Origin: an uncultured Gemmatimonadales bacterium
GTDB taxonomy: Bacteria; Gemmatimonadota; Gemmatimonadetes; Longimicrobiales; Longimicrobiaceae
Direction: 5' to 3'
Assembly (NCBI GenBank): GCA_963716255.1
Contig: OY970303.1
Coordinates: forward strand, 1,728,001-1,792,000
Length of the DNA stretch: 64,000 bases
The notes below the pieces were generated by a model. That model was given only the letters and a program-made list of their open reading frames with translations. It searched no databases and was not told where the DNA came from. A program made the position numbers and the translations under genes. Shown here piece by piece: positions 18,328 through 28,507 of the stretch (position 1 is its first letter; each line of letters starts with the position of its first letter).

Positions 18328-18328
18328 C

Positions 18329-20341
18329 TCAGCGCGCCCCGGCTTCCGCCACCGTCCTGCCACCCGCCCCGCCCGCCTCCTCCGCGTCGGGGACGGGGAT
18401 GGGGGCGTGCAGCGCCGGGGCGCCCGGGTGGTCGGTGGCGCGGCGCATGCGCGGCGGGGCGGCGAGCTGCGCCGTGGAGATGGTCTCCGCGTCCAGCGGC
18501 GCCCCGTTCCGGCGCACCACGTACGCTTCCATGGCGTAGTACTCGGGGAGCCCCAGCCGGTCCACGATGCGCGCGGTGGCGGTGTTGCGATCCTGCACCC
18601 GCTGCCAGAACTCGCGGTCGTCCTGTCCCGGGAAGGGCGCCCGGTCCTTCTGGCTCTGGTGCTTGAAGATGGCGAGCGTCTTCAGGGTCAGCTCGTCCTC
18701 GGACATGGGCACCAGCACGTCCGCCTCGGACACGGGCCACTCCTGCCAGGCGCCGCGGTAGTACCACATCTCGGGCTGCTCGCCGGAGTAGCGCTGGAGC
18801 GCCGACTCCACCGCCTCCAGGCACATGCGGTGGGTGCCGTGCGGGTCGGACAGGTCGCCGGCCACGAAGACGATCTCCGGGCGCTCGCGCTCCAGCAGCT
18901 CCAGGGTGATCTCCACGTCGCGCGGGCCGATGGGGTCCTTGCGGACCTTGCCGGTCTGGTAGAAGGGGAGGTTGAGGAAGCACGCCTGCTCGCGCGTCAT
19001 CCCGAAGGTCTCGATGCCGGAGACCGCCTCCGCCTCGCGGATGCGCTGCTTGATCTTGAGCACCTCGGCGGTGTCCACCTGCCCGGGGCGCTTGCCGTCC
19101 AGGAATGCCTCCACCCGGTCGGTGAACTCGCTCACGGTGCCGCCGGCCACGTGGAAGTCGCGGTCGAAGCGGCGCAGGAAGTCCAGGTAGCGCCGCACCT
19201 CGTGGTCGAAGACGGCGATGTTCCCCGAGGTCTGGTAGGCGACGATGATGTCGTTGTCGTTCTGGTGCAGCTTGTTGAGGATGCCGCCCATGGAGATCAC
19301 GTCGTCGTCCGGGTGCGGCGAGAAGACGATGATCTTCTTGCCCGCGGGGAGGCGGCTCCTGCCGCGCACCTTGGACAGCAGCGCGTTGAACACCTCGCCG
19401 TTGAGCGGCCCGGCGGAGCCGTAGCGCGCCACCAGCGCGGACAGGTGGTGCTCGCGGTAGTCGTTGGTGTCCAGCTTGAGGATGGACTTATTCGTCATCT
19501 GGCCGAGCCAGATCACCGCCTCGATCTCCAGCCTGCGGTCCCAGCGCACCTCGCCCACCACCCACGGCGTCTTGATGCGGGTGAGCTCCGCCGCCGCCGC
19601 CGGGTCCAGGTAGAAGGTGGCGTCGGGGTGGTCCTGGAGGTAGGTGGCCGCCACGTCCGGGTCGGGCTCGCCCTCCACGGCGCGGCGCACGATGGCGGCC
19701 TTGTGCTCGCCGGTGGCGATCAGCGCGATCTGGCGGGCGTCCAGGATGCTGGCGACGCCCATGGTGATGGCCTCCATGGGGACGTTGTCCTCGCCGAAGA
19801 AGTCGGCGGCGGCGTCGCGGCGGGTCACCGTGTCCAGCGCGAGCAGGCGGGTGCGCGACTCCCTGCCGGAGCCGGGCTCGTTGAAGCCCACGTGCCCGGT
19901 CTTGCCGATCCCCAGGATCTGGAAGTCGATGCCGCCGGCGTCGCGGATGGCCTGCTCGTACGCGGCGCAGTGCGCCTCCACCTCCGCGCGCGGCACGTCG
20001 CCGCGGGGAAGGTGCACGTTCTCGGGGCGGATGTCGATGTGCTCGAAGAGGTTCTCCCACATGTACCGGTGGTACGAGTGGATGCTCTTCGGGTCCATCG
20101 GGTAGTACTCGTCCAGGTTGAAGGTGACCACGTCCGAGAAGTCGAGGTCCTCTTCCCGGTGCATGCGGATCAGCTCGCGGTACACCCCGATGGGTGTGCT
20201 CCCCGTCGCCAGGCCCAGGACCGGCCTGCCGCCCGCCGCGCGCTTTGCCTGCATCACCTCGGCGATGCGGCGGGCGATGGTGCGCGCGATCTCGTCGTAC
20301 TCGACGATGACGACGGGGACACGCTCTCGGACTTGCGCCAT
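18329..20341 (-). CDS. nagB: glucosamine-6-phosphate deaminase fused to a PIG-L-like domain
   Basis: GLATGSTP, FNLDEY, GHVGFNEPG; C-terminal SPHPDDD and DPHGTH. Confidence 0.93.
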   Translation of the reverse strand: MAQVRERVPVVIVEYDEIARTIARRIAEVMQAKRAAGGRPVLGLATGSTPIGVYRELIRMHREEDLDFSDVVTFNLDEYYPMDPKSIHSYHRYMWENLFEHIDIRPENVHLPRGDVPRAEVEAHCAAYEQAIRDAGGIDFQILGIGKTGHVGFNEPGSGRESRTRLLALDTVTRRDAAADFFGEDNVPMEAITMGVASILDARQIALIATGEHKAAIVRRAVEGEPDPDVAATYLQDHPDATFYLDPAAAAELTRIKTPWVVGEVRWDRRLEIEAVIWLGQMTNKSILKLDTNDYREHHLSALVARYGSAGPLNGEVFNALLSKVRGRSRLPAGKKIIVFSPHPDDDVISMGGILNKLHQNDNDIIVAYQTSGNIAVFDHEVRRYLDFLRRFDRDFHVAGGTVSEFTDRVEAFLDGKRPGQVDTAEVLKIKQRIREAEAVSGIETFGMTREQACFLNLPFYQTGKVRKDPIGPRDVEITLELLERERPEIVFVAGDLSDPHGTHRMCLEAVESALQRYSGEQPEMWYYRGAWQEWPVSEADVLVPMSEDELTLKTLAIFKHQSQKDRAPFPGQDDREFWQRVQDRNTATARIVDRLGLPEYYAMEAYVVRRNGAPLDAETISTAQLAAPPRMRRATDHPGAPALHAPIPVPDAEEAGGAGGRTVAEAGAR

Positions 20342-20450
20342 GTTGTCGCTACCTCGCTGGGTTTGCTGGATGTCTCTCCCGGCCGTGCCTCGCGTGTGTC
20401 GTCGCGCACAAGGTGTGCCCGGTGTCGGAACGGCTTTCAACTGCGGGGTC

Positions 20451-20482
20451 GGGCGTGACCCCGGCGGGCGCCGGGGTCGGGC
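20451..20482 (+). repeat. family A partial copy (5' hairpin only)
   Basis: GGGCGTGACCCCGGCGGGCGCCGGGGTCGGGC. Confidence 0.8.
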
Positions 20483-20546
20483 TGGCGTCGGCGGGCCCCC
20501 TCGGCCCCCTCCCCCGCGAGCGGGAGAGGGGGAGAACTGTAAGGGC

Positions 20547-21812
20547 TCACTGGCCGCCGCGGCGGGCCTCCCAGTCGGTGAGCGGCGCGTCGAGCACGGC
20601 GTCCATGACGGCGTCCGCGACGGTGCGGCGCAGGGGGACGTGCTTCTGGTTCTCGGCGGTGGGGTTCACGCGGTTGGTGAGGATGACCACGAAGACGCCG
20701 CGCTCCGGGTCCATCCACAGCGAGGTCCCGGTGTACCCGGTGTGCCCGTAGCTGCGGGGGCCGAAGAAGCGGCCCGCGCTGGAGCGGCCGGAAGGGGTGT
20801 CCCACCCCAGGGCGCGGCTGGAGCCGGCGAACTGCGGCGCGGTCCAGCGCGCCACCGTCTCGGGGCGGAGGATGCGCACGCCGCCGTACTCGCCGTTGTT
20901 GAGCAGCATCTGCGCGAACACGGCCAGGTCGCGCGCGGAGGAAAAGAGCCCGGCGTGCCCCGCGACGCCGCCCAGCGCCCAGGCGTTTGGGTCGTGCACC
21001 TCGCCGTGGATCAGCCCGCCGCGGCTGCGGTCCACCTCGGTGGCGGCGATGCGCGGGCGCAGCGCCGGCGCGGGGCGGAAGCCGGTGTCGTGCATCCCCA
21101 GCGGCCGGAAGATGCGGGCCTCGGTGAACTGGTCCAGCGTCTGCCCGGTGATGTGCTCCACGACGCGCTGCAGCAGGATCAGGTCCCAGTCGCTGTACAC
21201 CGTCTCGGTGCCGGGCGCGTTCTTGAGCGGGCGCTCGTTGATCCTGCGCAGGTACTCGGCCTGCCCGCGGGTGTTCTGGAACAGCGGCGCGAACGCCTCG
21301 AAGCCGCCGCGGTGCGTCAGGATCTGCCGCACCGTGATGGCGGCCTTGAGGGTGTCGGTGAGCTCGGGGACGTAGTACGCCACCGGCCGGTCCAGCTGCA
21401 GGCGCCCCTCCTCCTCCAGGATCATCGCCGCCGTGGTGGTGGCGACCACCTTGGTGAGCGACGCAAGGTCGAAGAGGGTGCTGTCGGTGACCGCGGGCGA
21501 GCCGGGCGCCCAGTCGATGGCGCCGTACCCGCGCTGGTGCACCCGCCGCCCCCAGCGCCCCGCCGCCACCGCGACCGCGGAGGCCGCCCGGTCCGCGACC
21601 GCCGCCCGGGCGATGGAGTCCAGCCGCGCCGGGAGCGCCGCGGCGAGCCCGACCGCCTCCGGGGCGGCGGGGACGAGGACCGCCGCCTCGGCGAGTCGCA
21701 TGGGCGCGGGGGGTGGAGGTGGACTGGGCGGCACGCACGCGCCCAGCGCCAGCAGCGCGCCCTGTGCCACGATGAGCGAACCCGCCCGTACCCGCCGCGC
21801 CGCTGCCGCCAT
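20547..21812 (-). CDS. beta-lactamase-family serine hydrolase (lipoprotein)
   Basis: SLTK (SxxK), YSD, GHAGLFS, HTGYTG. Confidence 0.9.
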   Translation of the reverse strand: MAAAARRVRAGSLIVAQGALLALGACVPPSPPPPPAPMRLAEAAVLVPAAPEAVGLAAALPARLDSIARAAVADRAASAVAVAAGRWGRRVHQRGYGAIDWAPGSPAVTDSTLFDLASLTKVVATTTAAMILEEEGRLQLDRPVAYYVPELTDTLKAAITVRQILTHRGGFEAFAPLFQNTRGQAEYLRRINERPLKNAPGTETVYSDWDLILLQRVVEHITGQTLDQFTEARIFRPLGMHDTGFRPAPALRPRIAATEVDRSRGGLIHGEVHDPNAWALGGVAGHAGLFSSARDLAVFAQMLLNNGEYGGVRILRPETVARWTAPQFAGSSRALGWDTPSGRSSAGRFFGPRSYGHTGYTGTSLWMDPERGVFVVILTNRVNPTAENQKHVPLRRTVADAVMDAVLDAPLTDWEARRGGQ

Positions 21813-22047
21813 GCAAGCTCCCTTCGCGTGATCCCGGTTGCGCACCCGCCCCCGGAAGCCCGCGCCGCCCGCCTGCCCACACGCGCCCCTCGCCTGCGGG
21901 CGGGGGCGGTGGGCGCGGACCGGGGTGCGCTGCCGGAGGTGAGGGCATCGTACGCACGCCCGCGGGGTGCGTCAAGGCGGCCCCGGCGCCCCGCGCGGTT
22001 TCGGGAGCGCGAGCCGCGGCATAGGTTGGGGGACACGGCGACGGCGG

Positions 22048-22300
22048 CCCTCACCCGGCTCGCTTGAGGCTCGCCACCCGGGTCCTTCATCCGGTTCACG
22101 CGAAGCGTGAAGCGCCATTCTGGGAGAGGGGGCAACGGCGGTGCCATGCGCAGGACCCGAGCTGGCGCCCGCGGGCCCCCACCCGGCGGCCTGAGAGCCG
22201 CCACCCTCCCCCAATTCTGGGGGAGGGCTTCCTGACCCTCGGGCTCGTCGTGTCATTCTCCCCCTCTCCCGCTTGCGGGGGAGGAGGCCGGGGGGAGGGG
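22048..22300 (+). repeat. family C composite REP-like cluster
   Basis: Near-identical to 25094-25347. Confidence 0.9.
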
Positions 22301-22310
22301 ACCCGCCGTT

Positions 22311-22483
22311 GCCGTTCCGCAGTACCCACACGATCTGTTCGGGGGGAGACAGCCGGGCAGTTTCGGCTGGCTCCCCCCGGCGGAGGGAAACCCGCCGGCT
22401 GTTTGGCGGGGTTCCCGGAGCCCGCGCAGGAGACGGACGGCACCGCAGTTCAGCAAGCACTGCGTCCGGCTCCGGAGCGGCCC
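22311..22483 (+). repeat. family B copy 3
   Basis: Module hairpins; the third has an extended loop. Confidence 0.88.
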
Positions 22484-22518
22484 GCCAGAGCCAGACGAAC
22501 CACCCGAACCCACGCGAG

Positions 22519-23745
22519 ATGAAAACGCCGCTGCTCGCCGCCCTGGCCCTGGCCGCCTGCTCCCCCTTGCAGACGCCTCCCCCGACGACGCCGGAGCCGG
22601 ACGTACAACCCGGGATCGAGGTGTTCCTGGCGGACCCGCCCGCCGCGGTGAGGGGGAAGCGGATCGGCCTGATCACCAACCAGACCGGCGTGGACCGCGC
22701 GGGAACGCTCAGCATCGACCGGCTGGCCGCCTCGGACGCGGTGGAGCTGGTGGCGCTGTTCGCGCCGGAGCACGGCATCCGCGGCGCCGCCGCCCCGGGC
22801 GAGACGATCGCCTCGGGAACGGACGAGCGCACCGGGCTCCCCATCCACTCGCTGTACGGCGCCACCCGAAAGCCCACGCCGGAGATGCTGCGCGGCATCG
22901 AGGCGCTGGTTTTCGACATCCAGGACGTGGGGTCGCGCACCTACACCTACGTCTACACCATGGCGCTGGGGATGCAGGCCGCGGCGGAGGCCGGCATTCC
23001 CTTCGTGGTGCTGGACCGCCCCAACCCGGTGGGCGGGACGCGGGTGGAGGGGAACCTGCTGGACACGGCCTTCGCCACCTTCGTGGGGATGTATCCCATC
23101 CCCGTGCGGCACGGGCTGACGGCGGGGGAGCTGGCGAGGCTCTTCCACGCGGAGTTCGGGGTGGGGGCGGAGCCGGTCGTGGTGCCGGCGCGGGGGTGGC
23201 GGCGCGATGCCTGGTTCGACGGCACGGGGCTCCCCTGGGTGGCGCCCTCGCCCAACATCCCGCGGCTGGAAGCGGCGATCCACTACCCGGGCACGGTGTT
23301 CTTCGAGGGGACCAACCTTTCGGCGGGGCGCGGCTCCAGCCACCCCTTCGAGCAGGTGGGCGCTCCCTGGCTGGACGCCCCCGCCGTCGTCCGCGAGATG
23401 AACGCGCGCGCCCTGCCGGGGGTGCGCTTCGAGGCGGTGAGCTTCACGCCGGTCCGCCCGGGCGACGGCAAGTTCGACGGGGTGCCGCTGCGCGGGGTGC
23501 GCCTGGTGGTCACGGACCGCGACGCGTACCGGCCGGTGCGCACCTCGCTGCTGCTGGTGGAGGCGGTATTCCGGCGCCACCGCGACGAGTTTCGCTGGGT
23601 GCCGGCGCACTTCGACCGGCTGGCGGGGACGGACCGGCTGCGCAGGGCCATCGAGGCGGGGACGCTGGGCGAGGAGCTGCGGGCGTGGGACGCGGACGCG
23701 GCGCGCTTCGAGGCCACCCGCGGGCCGTACCTGCTGTACCCGTGA
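22519..23745 (+). CDS. namZ: exo-beta-N-acetylmuramidase NamZ (DUF1343) family lipoprotein
   Basis: GLITNQTG, FAPEHGIRG, FDIQDVGSRTYTY, LDRPNP, PSPNIP. Confidence 0.9.
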   Translation: MKTPLLAALALAACSPLQTPPPTTPEPDVQPGIEVFLADPPAAVRGKRIGLITNQTGVDRAGTLSIDRLAASDAVELVALFAPEHGIRGAAAPGETIASGTDERTGLPIHSLYGATRKPTPEMLRGIEALVFDIQDVGSRTYTYVYTMALGMQAAAEAGIPFVVLDRPNPVGGTRVEGNLLDTAFATFVGMYPIPVRHGLTAGELARLFHAEFGVGAEPVVVPARGWRRDAWFDGTGLPWVAPSPNIPRLEAAIHYPGTVFFEGTNLSAGRGSSHPFEQVGAPWLDAPAVVREMNARALPGVRFEAVSFTPVRPGDGKFDGVPLRGVRLVVTDRDAYRPVRTSLLLVEAVFRRHRDEFRWVPAHFDRLAGTDRLRRAIEAGTLGEELRAWDADAARFEATRGPYLLYP

Positions 23746-23777
23746 GGGCCGGTCGGAACGGCTTGAACTGCGGATTC

Positions 23778-23912
23778 GGGCGTGCCCCCCGGCGGGCGCC
23801 GGGGTCGGGCTTCGGCTCCGTAAGCCCGCAAACAACGCGGGCTAACGGAGTCGAGCCCCGGCGGAAACAGCCCCGCCGGGTCTCGCCCCTTCGGGCCGGA
23901 ATCCCTCACGCG
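23778..23912 (+). repeat. family A copy 5
   Basis: Alignment to copy 1. Confidence 0.95.
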
Positions 23913-24121
23913 GGGGTGGCGCTGGCGTCCACCGGGGCCCCCGCCCGGCCCGCTCAGGCTCGCACGGCTCGCCCCCTCTATCCCCCGTGCCGGGGGAGGG
24001 GGTCGCCGTTGCCGGTCATCCGGGCCCGCGGAACAATTCCCCGTCCGAAGCGGTCCAATTCGCTCCCTCGCTGCCGGCGGCTGCTCCCGCGCCGCCGGAT
24101 TCCCTCCCACAGACACCTGCC

Positions 24122-25087
24122 ATGACGCTCCCGCGCGCTTTCCGCATCGCCCCGCTCGCCCTGCTGCTCGCCGCGTGCGGCAGCGGCGGCTCCCCGGATG
24201 CCATGCAGCAGGAGGAGGCCCTGTCGACCGCGCCGGCGACCGTGGCGCCCACGCCACCCGCGGAGCGGGAGCTGGCCATGGACGCCGCGGCGCCGAAGGC
24301 GCCGGGGGACGCGGCCGGGGGAGCGGAGGGCGGGCAGGCGCAGGGACCCGGCGCGCCGGGCGCCCCCGCCGCCGCGACGGACACGGCGGCCGTCCCCGCG
24401 ATGATCATCCGCACGGGCAACGCCACCGTGCAGGTGGACTCGCTGGAGCCCGCGGTCGCGCGGGTGCGTCAGCTGGCGCAGCGGGTGGGCGGCTACGTGG
24501 CGAACACCTCGCAGCAGGGCGGCGAGCGGGAAACGCGCCAGGCGACGCTGGAGCTGAAGATCCCCGCGCGCCGCTTCGACGAGGCGCTGGGCGGGCTGAA
24601 GCCGCTGGGCGAGGTGGAGTCGGTGAGCGTGTCCACGCAGGACGTGGGAGAGGAGTTCGTGGACGTGAGCGCGCGCGTGGCGAACGCGCGCCGGCTGGAG
24701 GAGCGGCTGCTGGGGCTGCTGGAAAACCGCACGGGGAAGCTGGAGGACGTGCTGGCGGTGGAGCGGGAGCTGGCCCGCGTGCGCGAGGAGATCGAGCGCT
24801 TCGACGGGCGGCTGCGCTTCCTGCGGACGCGGGTGGCGGTCAGCACGCTCACCGTGAACCTGCACGAGCCGCACCCCGTGGTGGGCGACTACCCCGGCGC
24901 GAACCCCATCCTGAGCGCCTTCCGCCAGGCGTGGCGCAACTTCGTGAGCTTCGTCGCGGCGTTCATCGCCTCGCTGGGGATCCTGGTGCCGCTGGGGGTG
25001 ATCCTGTGGGTGCTCTGGCTGCTGCTGCGCCGGCTGCGCTGGCGCAGGCGCCCGCCGCCGCCGCCGGTGGACGCGCCGCGGGCGTAG
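24122..25087 (+). CDS. DUF4349 domain lipoprotein
   Basis: Lipobox LAAC, IIRTG..GGYV..QDVGEEFVD, coiled coil, C-terminal TM helix. Confidence 0.85.
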   Translation: MTLPRAFRIAPLALLLAACGSGGSPDAMQQEEALSTAPATVAPTPPAERELAMDAAAPKAPGDAAGGAEGGQAQGPGAPGAPAAATDTAAVPAMIIRTGNATVQVDSLEPAVARVRQLAQRVGGYVANTSQQGGERETRQATLELKIPARRFDEALGGLKPLGEVESVSVSTQDVGEEFVDVSARVANARRLEERLLGLLENRTGKLEDVLAVERELARVREEIERFDGRLRFLRTRVAVSTLTVNLHEPHPVVGDYPGANPILSAFRQAWRNFVSFVAAFIASLGILVPLGVILWVLWLLLRRLRWRRRPPPPPVDAPRA

Positions 25088-25093
25088 GGACGG

Positions 25094-25347
25094 CCCTCAC
25101 CCGGCTCGCTTGAGGCTCGCCACCCGGGTCCTTCATCCGGTTCACGCGAAGCGTGAAGCGCCATTCTGGGAGAGGGGGCAGCGGCGGTGCCATGCGCGGG
25201 CGCCGAGCCGGCGCCCGCGGGCCCCCACCCGGCGGCCTGAGAGCCGCCACCCTCCCCCAATTCTGGGGGAGGGCTTCCTGACCCTCGGGCAGGTCGTGTC
25301 GTGCTCCCCGTCTCCCGCTTGCGGGGGAGGGGGGCGGGGGGAGGGGG
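25094..25347 (+). repeat. family C composite REP-like cluster
   Basis: Near-identical to 22048-22300. Confidence 0.9.
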
Positions 25348-25373
25348 CCTCCCGCGGACGCCAGCGCGATGCC

Positions 25374-25503
25374 CGCGTGAGGGATTTCGGCCCGAAGGGG
25401 CGAGACCCCGCGGCAGTTTGCGGGGGCTCGACTCCGTTGAGCAGCGTTGTTTGCTGCTCTACGGAGCCGAAGCCCGACCCCGGCGCCAGCCGGGGGCACG
25501 CCC
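25374..25503 (-). repeat. family A copy 6
   Basis: Reverse-complement alignment; stem GAGCAGC/GCTGCTC. Confidence 0.95.
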
Positions 25504-25540
25504 GAACCCGGCCGTACATCTGTTCAAGCAGGATCCGACT

Positions 25541-26092
25541 TCAGCCGCCGGACAGCGACAGGTAAAAGAGGGTGGTGTCGCAGGGCGCCCCGTCCGGCAT
25601 CAGGGCATAGCCCGGCACCACCCCCACCCGGGTCCACCCCAGCCGCTCGTACAGGCGCTCCGCGTCGCCGCCGGTGACGGTGTCCAGCACGAGGAGCGTC
25701 CTCCCGGCCTCGCGCGCGGCCTCCGCGACGGCGCGCATGAGGGCGGCGCCGAGCCCCCGCCGGCGCGCCGAGCGGCGCACCAGCATCTTCGCCACCTCGG
25801 CGCGGTGCGGCTGGTTCTCCGGGAGCCCCAGCACCAGCTGCACGGTCCCGGCGATCTCCCCACCGGGCCGGTCCTCCGCGACGAGCAGCACCCGCTCGCC
25901 GGAAGCGACGCCCTCCGCCACGCGGCGCCAGAAAGCATCGGCACGGGCGGGCGCGAGCGGCGCCATGAAGCCCACGGACGCCCCGCCCTCCACGCAGTCC
26001 ACCAGGATCCCGGACAATTCCGCGGCGCGATCCGCGGCTTCCCCCGCCGTGAGCCTGCGGACGGCGAGCGATCCCCCCGCGTCCCCGGTCAC
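25541..26092 (-). CDS. GNAT acetyltransferase
   Basis: GGASVGF, ENQPHRAEVAKMLV, RRRGLG, LLVLDT; GTGA overlap with upstream XRE gene. Confidence 0.9.
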   Translation of the reverse strand: MTGDAGGSLAVRRLTAGEAADRAAELSGILVDCVEGGASVGFMAPLAPARADAFWRRVAEGVASGERVLLVAEDRPGGEIAGTVQLVLGLPENQPHRAEVAKMLVRRSARRRGLGAALMRAVAEAAREAGRTLLVLDTVTGGDAERLYERLGWTRVGVVPGYALMPDGAPCDTTLFYLSLSGG

Positions 26093-26718
26093 GGCGCCCT
26101 CCCCCGGTGGCCGGTGCCGCCGCTCGCCCCCGGCGCCGGGTCGGCGGCCAGTGCCACGGCGTAGCGCGTGTCGCGGTCCGCGGGGTTGCGGAAGGCGACC
26201 GGCCCCTCCAGCCGCATCGCCAGGCAGTCCCCCGCGTCCAGGCGGTGCGTGGCCCCGCCGGTGGTCAGCTCCAGCCTGCCCTCCAGCACCCACACCTGCT
26301 GGCCGATCCCGACGGCGCGCGGCGTCCCCGGCGTGTCGTACGCCACGCGGGCGCCGGCCGGGAGGACGACCTCCACCAGCTCGATGGGGGACGGGAAGCC
26401 GGGCGGCGACAGGTTGCGGCGCACGTAGCCCGTTTCCGGGTCGCGCCAGGTGGCCTGGTCCTCGCGCCGCGACAGGGGCGGGGCGTCCGCGCGCGCCTCC
26501 TCGGCGAAGAGCGACGCGAGGGTCACGCCCAGCCCCGCCGCCAGCCGGTCGAGGACCGCGGCCGTGGGGCTGCTCTCGCCGCGCTCGATCAGCGAGATCA
26601 TGGAGCGGCTCACGCCGGCGCGCTCGGCCAGGGCGTCAAGCGTGAGGCCGTGCGCGGCCCGCAGGCCGCGCAGGCGCGCCGCGAGGCGCGCGTTGATGTC
26701 CGGCAGGGTGGATTCCAT
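26089..26718 (-). CDS. XRE-family HTH regulator with cupin domain
   Basis: LTLDALAERAGVSRSMISLIERGESSPT; QQVWVLEG..GDCL. Confidence 0.92.
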   Translation of the reverse strand: MESTLPDINARLAARLRGLRAAHGLTLDALAERAGVSRSMISLIERGESSPTAAVLDRLAAGLGVTLASLFAEEARADAPPLSRREDQATWRDPETGYVRRNLSPPGFPSPIELVEVVLPAGARVAYDTPGTPRAVGIGQQVWVLEGRLELTTGGATHRLDAGDCLAMRLEGPVAFRNPADRDTRYAVALAADPAPGASGGTGHRGRAP

Positions 26719-26753
26719 GATAACAGAATACAAATCCATCATACCGGAGTCAA
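26716..26753 (-). promoter_or_regulatory. sigma70-type promoter, probably leaderless, with overlapping operator-like boxes
   Basis: TTGACT-17 nt-TATTCT-6 nt-ATG on the minus strand. Confidence 0.7.
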
Positions 26754-26862
26754 GCGGAATTCGACCCGCTTCCGTCACCTAGGGAGACGGTGGGTTGGAC
26801 CGCATCCCGTAAACGAGACCGGGCGCCCCGCGGATGGGGCGCCCGGTCATGCGTCTCGGTCT

Positions 26863-28386
26863 TCAGGGCAGCCGCGCCGTCGTGGGCGGCCCCTCGTTCC
26901 CCACCCGGTCCACCGCCGTCACCCACACTTCGGTGGGCGCCGCGCCGGTGCTGTCCGCGGCGACCGTGTGCGCCCGCGCCCAGCCGGGCAGCACCTCCGT
27001 CCGCCAGGCGCCGGCGGCGCGCGAGCGCACGGTCCACCAGGTGGGCGCGGCGCCGCCGCCCGGCTCCAGCGCCAGCTCCACCCCGCCGGCCGCGGAACGG
27101 GCCCCCACGGCGGGCCGGCCGGGCGCGCCGCCGTACAGCCAGGGCGAGGCGGGGACCAGCGCGGGCTCGGCGTACGCCTCGCGAGCCAGGCGGGTGGACA
27201 GGGAGTCGGGGTCGCGCATGAGGGCCTTCATGCTGAAGTGCACGTTCCCCGTGGCGCCGGGGATGCCGCGGGTCACGTACACCTGCCCCACGATCTCCGC
27301 GGCCGGCCAGCGCGCCTCGGTGGGGAGCACCTGGCTGGCGAAGTTCCCCGGCCACAGGTTGCGTCCCTTCACGTTCTGCTCGGTCCACCAGCGCAGCAGC
27401 ACCGGGTAGCTCAGCACGGTCCGCGCGGTGGGCCAGTAGAGCTGCGGGGTGAAGTAGTCGAGCCACCCGTTCACCAGCCACTTCCGCGAGTCGGCGTAGA
27501 GCTGCTCGTAGGGATCGAACGTGGTCCGGACCTGGGCGGGATGTCCCGGGCGCCAGATCCCGAACGGGCTGATCCCGAACTTGACCCAGGGCTTCGCCCG
27601 CTTGACCTCGCCGTACAGGCGCTCCACGAAGCGGTCCACGTTGTCGCGCCGCCAGTCGTCGCGGGCCAGCGTGCCGCCGGAGGCCCGGTAGCGGTCCCAG
27701 CTGGGCTGGTCGGGGAAGTCGATCTCGTTGCGCAGCGAGTCGGTCTCGCGGTACGGGTAGAAGTAGTCGTCGATGTGCACCCCGTCCACGTCGTAGCGCC
27801 GCACCACGTCCATCACCACCCGCACCGAGTGGTCCTGCACCGCGGGCTCCCCGGGGTCCATCCACAGGTGCGTGCCGTACGCGCGCACGATGTCCGGCCG
27901 GGTGCGGGCCAGGTGCGTGGCGGCGAGCGGCGACTTCGCGGTGGGGTGGCGGGCGCGGTACGGGTTGAACCAGGCGTGCAGCTCCAGCCCGCGCCGGTGC
28001 GCCTCCGCCACGGCGAGCTCCAGCGGGTCGTACGCCGGCTCCGGCGCCCGCCCCTGCTCGCCGGTGAGGTACTCCGACCACGGCTCCAGCTCCGAGCGGT
28101 AGAGCGCGTCCCCCGCCGGCCGCACCTGGAGGATCACGGCGTTGAGGTTGAGCGCCTTCGCCCGGTCCAGGATGGCCAGCAGCTCCGCCTGCTGCTGCGC
28201 CGCCGGCAGCCCCGGCCGCGACGGCCAGTCGATGTTCGCGACGCTCGCCACCCACACCCCCCGGAACTCCCGCCGCACGGGCGGAGGCGCATCGGCGGAG
28301 GGACCGGCGGCCACCGGCGCGGGGTTGCCGGAGCACGCGGCCAGCACGAACGCCGCGGCAGCGAGTGCCGTTCTGCGAATCTTCAA
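26863..28386 (-). CDS. GHL10/YddW-like glycoside hydrolase lipoprotein
   Basis: REFRGVWVASVANIDWPS, QVRPAGDALY, HAWFNPYRA, DGVHIDDYFYPY; start inferred. Confidence 0.88.
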   Translation of the reverse strand: MKIRRTALAAAAFVLAACSGNPAPVAAGPSADAPPPVRREFRGVWVASVANIDWPSRPGLPAAQQQAELLAILDRAKALNLNAVILQVRPAGDALYRSELEPWSEYLTGEQGRAPEPAYDPLELAVAEAHRRGLELHAWFNPYRARHPTAKSPLAATHLARTRPDIVRAYGTHLWMDPGEPAVQDHSVRVVMDVVRRYDVDGVHIDDYFYPYRETDSLRNEIDFPDQPSWDRYRASGGTLARDDWRRDNVDRFVERLYGEVKRAKPWVKFGISPFGIWRPGHPAQVRTTFDPYEQLYADSRKWLVNGWLDYFTPQLYWPTARTVLSYPVLLRWWTEQNVKGRNLWPGNFASQVLPTEARWPAAEIVGQVYVTRGIPGATGNVHFSMKALMRDPDSLSTRLAREAYAEPALVPASPWLYGGAPGRPAVGARSAAGGVELALEPGGGAAPTWWTVRSRAAGAWRTEVLPGWARAHTVAADSTGAAPTEVWVTAVDRVGNEGPPTTARLP

Positions 28387-28507
28387 GAGCGCATCTCCCC
28401 TGCGGAAACGAAAAGACGAACGGCCCCCGCGCACCGGCGGCCGGACCACGGGCCGCTCCCCGCGTGAGGGATTACGGCCCGAAGGGGCGAGACCCGGCGG
28501 CAGTTTG

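Noticed and set aside
20547..21812. True beta-lactamase
   Set aside because: The SxxK fold is shared by many esterases and peptidases, and the context points to cell-wall recycling.
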